The notes under the pieces: generated by a model
What the model was told of the DNA's origin: nothing
What the model saw: only the letters and a program-made list of their open reading frames with translations
Database searches by the model: none
NCBI GenBank assembly: GCA_964571165.1
Contig: CAZNAW010000006.1
Span: 77,103-141,102 of the forward strand
Direction: 5' to 3'
DNA length: 64,000 nucleotides
DNA from: an uncultured Terracidiphilus sp.
GTDB taxonomy: Bacteria > Acidobacteriota > Terriglobia > Terriglobales > Acidobacteriaceae
Shown here: positions 60,846-64,000 of the stretch, one piece after another
How positions within the stretch are numbered: position 1 is the first letter of the stretch
Layout: every line of letters begins with the position of its first letter
Made by a program: the position numbers and the translations under genes

Positions 60846-61145
60846 ATGGACAAGATCCCCTTTGCCTTCTCCATCCATCCCGGCAAAATTCTCCTCACCG
60901 AGTTCATGGAACCCCTCGGCCTGACCGCATACCGTCTTGCCAAGGAGCTTCATATCTCTGCCCCACGGGTGAATGATCTGGTGCGCGGCAAGCGCGGCAT
61001 CACCGCCGACACTGCTCTGCGCCTTGCCCGCTACTTTGGCAACTCCGCTCAGTTCTGGATCGGCCTGCAAAGCGGCCACGATCTCTGGGTCGCCTCCAAG
61101 AGCAGAACGATCAACAAGGTGAGGCCCCGCCAACAATCTGCCTGA
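60846..61145 (+). CDS. higA: HigA-family antitoxin
   Basis: IHPGKILLTEFM...ITADTALRLARYFG; SD GGAGG. Confidence 0.92.
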   Translation: MDKIPFAFSIHPGKILLTEFMEPLGLTAYRLAKELHISAPRVNDLVRGKRGITADTALRLARYFGNSAQFWIGLQSGHDLWVASKSRTINKVRPRQQSA

Positions 61146-61213
61146 TCCAACCTCCGATGGAGGCCCCACTACCCTCGCCGTCGTAAACTGAAAACGTCCC
61201 ACCAGGATTCCCC

Positions 61214-61918
61214 ATGAAGAGACTTGCCATCGGTTTCTACGCCATCCTCACCCTCGCCCTTATGGTCTGGGGTTTCTATCAGGCCATCTACGTCGCTCCC
61301 GACGAGCAGACCATGCACGAAGTGCAGCGCATCTTCTACTACCACGTGCCCTCGGCCATGGTCGCCTTCCTGTTCTTCGCCATTTCGCTGGCCGGCTCCA
61401 TCGGCTACCTCGCTTTCCGCCGCAACCGCCCCGCCTGGGCGCAGATCTCTGACGCATGGGCTCTGGCCGGCGCCGAGGTCGGCGTGGTCTTCTGCACCGT
61501 GGTGCTCATCACCGGCCCGCTGTGGGGACGCAGGGCCTGGGGCATCTGGTGGACATGGGACGCGCGGCTCACCACGACCCTCGTACTCTGGCTCATTTAT
61601 GTCAGCTATCTGCTGCTGCGCCGCTTTGCCGCCGGCCCGCAGATGCAGACGCTGGCCGCCGTGCTGGGCATCTTCGGCGCGCTCGACGTGCCCATCGTTT
61701 ACATGTCAAACCGCTGGTGGCGGACGCAACACCCCGCTCCCGTCTTCGGCGGTGGCGAGGACTCCGGCATCAAAGACCCGGCCATGCTGGCCGCCTTCGG
61801 CTGGAATGTGCTGGCATGGCTGGCCTGGGGAGTGCTAATCCTCGCCCTCCGCTACCACGTCGAGAGGCAGCAGCAGAAATATGCCGCCCAGGAAGCCCAG
61901 GACGCTCTCAACGCCTGA
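61214..61918 (+). CDS. ccmC: Heme exporter CcmC
   Basis: RIFYYHVP, WGIWWTWDARLT (WWD domain), TQHP. Confidence 0.94.
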   Translation: MKRLAIGFYAILTLALMVWGFYQAIYVAPDEQTMHEVQRIFYYHVPSAMVAFLFFAISLAGSIGYLAFRRNRPAWAQISDAWALAGAEVGVVFCTVVLITGPLWGRRAWGIWWTWDARLTTTLVLWLIYVSYLLLRRFAAGPQMQTLAAVLGIFGALDVPIVYMSNRWWRTQHPAPVFGGGEDSGIKDPAMLAAFGWNVLAWLAWGVLILALRYHVERQQQKYAAQEAQDALNA

Positions 61919-61955
61919 TTTCCCCGGCAAGATATCTAACCCGAAAGGACAAGCA

Positions 61956-62105
61956 ATGGATCAAAGAGCGATTCTCGACCACCAGTTCACCGTAGCCGCC
62001 TATGCCGTCACCTGGGCCATCCAACTGGCTTATGTCGTTTGGCTTGCCCTGAAATGGCGCGCCCAAAAACGCAACGCAGCCCGCGCCAGCCGCAATCCCC
62101 AATAA
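61956..62105 (+). CDS. ccmD: CcmD-like small protein
   Basis: AAYAVTW hydrophobic helix with basic tail, after ccmC. Confidence 0.72.
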   Translation: MDQRAILDHQFTVAAYAVTWAIQLAYVVWLALKWRAQKRNAARASRNPQ

Positions 62106-62345
62106 GAACGACACTCCTTGCAGCAACTCATCTTATTTCAGATAGTTAAAGAACAGCAGCCAAGCCACCAACGCAGGTTCCTGGCCGCTTTTGCACGGCA
62201 CATAATCCCTTCCGCATACCACCTAAGTGGGAAGCGCATAGCACCTGCTTCCCACCTAACAATGTCTTAGTGGTATTTCAGTTTTGCCCAAACCATTCGA
62301 TCATCCAGTTGTGGACTGGCTCGACGATCCGCACAAGGAGACAAG

Positions 62346-62444
62346 ATGATGCATGATCTTTTGATTGCCCTGGCCTTTATCGGTATGGTTGTGGCCCCTG
62401 CGGTTGTCGCCGCCAAGTCCGGCGCCAAGGTCACTGAAAAGTAA
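62346..62444 (+). CDS. 32-aa single-TM peptide (absent from ORF track)
   Basis: SD AAGGAG then MMHDLLIALAFIGMVVAPAVVAAKSGAKVTEK. Confidence 0.7.
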   Translation: MMHDLLIALAFIGMVVAPAVVAAKSGAKVTEK

Positions 62445-62615
62445 GCGCCTCTCAGCCCCCGAAGCACCCTTTCCAGCTTTGCGGTTTTGGCGGCAAACCA
62501 ACCCCGAACCGCCATCGAACTTGTGGAGCAAACCAGCCCGCAAGCTCAGCAGCAACCCCTAATGAAATTGCCCTTCGCCGTCGAACCCATTAAACTGATG
62601 GTTTGAGGGCACATT

Positions 62616-63668
62616 ATGTTGGTTGTCATGAAAGCGCAGGCTACGCCGGAAGAGATTCAGGCTGTCTGCGACCACATTGAGCAGTTGGGTTTCCGTGCCC
62701 ACCCACTTCCCGGAGCCCAGCGCACCGCCATCGGCATCACCGGCAACAAAGATGAGGTCGACCGCGGCAACCTGGAGGCGCTCAGCGGAGTCGCCGAGGT
62801 CATCCGGGTCTCGAAGCCCTATAAGCTGGCCAGCCGGGACGTCAAAGAAGAAGACACCATCATCCGCTTCCCAGGAACGGACGCGACCATAGGCGGCCGC
62901 GACCTGGCCATCGTTGCCGGACCCTGCTCCATTGAGAATCGTGACCAGGCCTTCGCCATCGCCGAACAGGTGGCCGCGGCCGGAGCACAGTTTTTCCGCG
63001 GCGGCGCTTACAAACCGCGCACATCGCCCTACGCCTTTCAGGGCCTCGGCCTCGAAGCTCTTCGCATTCTGGCGGAAATCCGCGATCGCTACGGCCTGCG
63101 CATCGTCACGGAAGCTATCGACAACGAATCCCTCGATCTGGTCGCCGAGTATGCCGACATCATCCAGATCGGCGCGCGCAACATGCAGAACTTCTCCCTG
63201 CTCAAGCGCGCGGGCCGGTTGCGCAAGCCTGTCCTGCTCAAGCGCGGCCTCTCAGCCACTTTTGACGAGTTCCTGATGGCCGCCGAGTACGTGATGAGCG
63301 AGGGCAACTACGAGGTCATCCTCTGCGAGCGCGGTATCCGCACCTTTGCCGACCACACCCGCAACACGCTCGACCTCAGCATCATTCCCGCTGTGCAACG
63401 CCTCAGCCATCTGCCCATTCTGGTGGATCCCAGCCACGGCACCGGCAAGCGCGACAGCGTTCTGCCCATGTCCCGCGCTGCCATCGCCACCGGCGCTGAC
63501 GGCATCCTCGTGGAAGTTCACCACCAACCGGAAAAGGCCCTCTCCGACGGCCCCCAGTCCATCTATCCCGCCCAGTTTGCGAGCATGATGAACGAACTGG
63601 AGCAGATCGCCCCGGTGGTGGGACGCTTTCTGCCCCGCGGCATCCACATCGAAGCCACCGCGGTCTGA
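62616..63668 (+). CDS. aroF: DAHP synthase type I-beta
   Basis: [34 protein letters not shown]-terminal regulatory domain. Confidence 0.95.
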   Translation: MLVVMKAQATPEEIQAVCDHIEQLGFRAHPLPGAQRTAIGITGNKDEVDRGNLEALSGVAEVIRVSKPYKLASRDVKEEDTIIRFPGTDATIGGRDLAIVAGPCSIENRDQAFAIAEQVAAAGAQFFRGGAYKPRTSPYAFQGLGLEALRILAEIRDRYGLRIVTEAIDNESLDLVAEYADIIQIGARNMQNFSLLKRAGRLRKPVLLKRGLSATFDEFLMAAEYVMSEGNYEVILCERGIRTFADHTRNTLDLSIIPAVQRLSHLPILVDPSHGTGKRDSVLPMSRAAIATGADGILVEVHHQPEKALSDGPQSIYPAQFASMMNELEQIAPVVGRFLPRGIHIEATAV

Positions 63669-63701
63669 GCGCATGACCGTCTCGTCAAACAGTCGGATGC
63701 C

Positions 63702-63759
63702 GGGTACCCCAATCTTGCGGCGTCTGTTTATCGCAAGGGCGGAAAATCACAAATCCAAC
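63702..63759 (+). repeat. REP-like element
   Basis: GGGTACCCCAATCTTGCG...CGCAAGGGCGGAAAATCACAAATCCAAC. Confidence 0.5.
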
Positions 63760-63791
63760 CCCGGACCATTCTTGATTCCCGGACTCACCTC

Positions 63792-64000
63792 ATGAATTCG
63801 CTGCACGCCAAGCCGGCCAGCCTCGCAACGTTCACCCTGCTGGCGCTCACCCTAACCGCCTGCCGTTCTCACGACTTTCCCCAGTACCCGCCCAACTACC
63901 GCGAATATGCCTACGTCACGAACGGCGACAGCGGCACCGTCACCGTTCTGGATGTGGTGAATGTGCGCCTGGACCGCGAGCTGCCCGTCGGCCAGAATCC
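63792..64000 (+). CDS. Partial YncE/YVTN beta-propeller lipoprotein
   Basis: Lipobox LTAC; AYVTNGDSGTVTVLD; runs off window end. Confidence 0.8.
   Translation, partial: MNSLHAKPASLATFTLLALTLTACRSHDFPQYPPNYREYAYVTNGDSGTVTVLDVVNVRLDRELPVGQN

Noticed and set aside
1..64000. CRISPR array, tRNA/rRNA, integrase, transposase, prophage or defence island
   Set aside because: No regularly spaced repeats, RNA gene signatures or corresponding protein motifs seen

Overview
GC-rich bacterial chromosomal segment. Gene content (TonB C-terminal protein, Tat-exported glycoside hydrolase, Hanks kinase-TPR, futalosine MqnD, HspR-type heat-shock control) suggests Acidobacteriota; this is inferred, not searched. 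Most of the window is core or metabolic: dnaK/dnaJ, ffh, trxB, yggS, serS, hemW, malic enzyme, mtnA, mscL, aroF, a ccm operon, sugar transporters and hydrolases, and a GH18-CE4-GT2 fusion. I found no rRNA, tRNA, CRISPR array, prophage or transposase. The best candidates for undescribed biology are: (1) an RcnR-type Ni/Co sensor (H3-C35-H60-H64) divergent from an OprB-family porin rather than an efflux pump, with two matching operators and a flanking 12-bp inverted repeat; (2) a 112-bp TA-flanked MITE inserted in the loop of a REP-like palindrome, with a probable second example; (3) a CxxxY-type ccm operon carrying a translationally coupled YbaK and a HigBA module whose toxin lacks its start codon; (4) an unannotated 32-aa membrane peptide behind a structured leader. 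All functional calls come from motif recognition by eye and are unverified.
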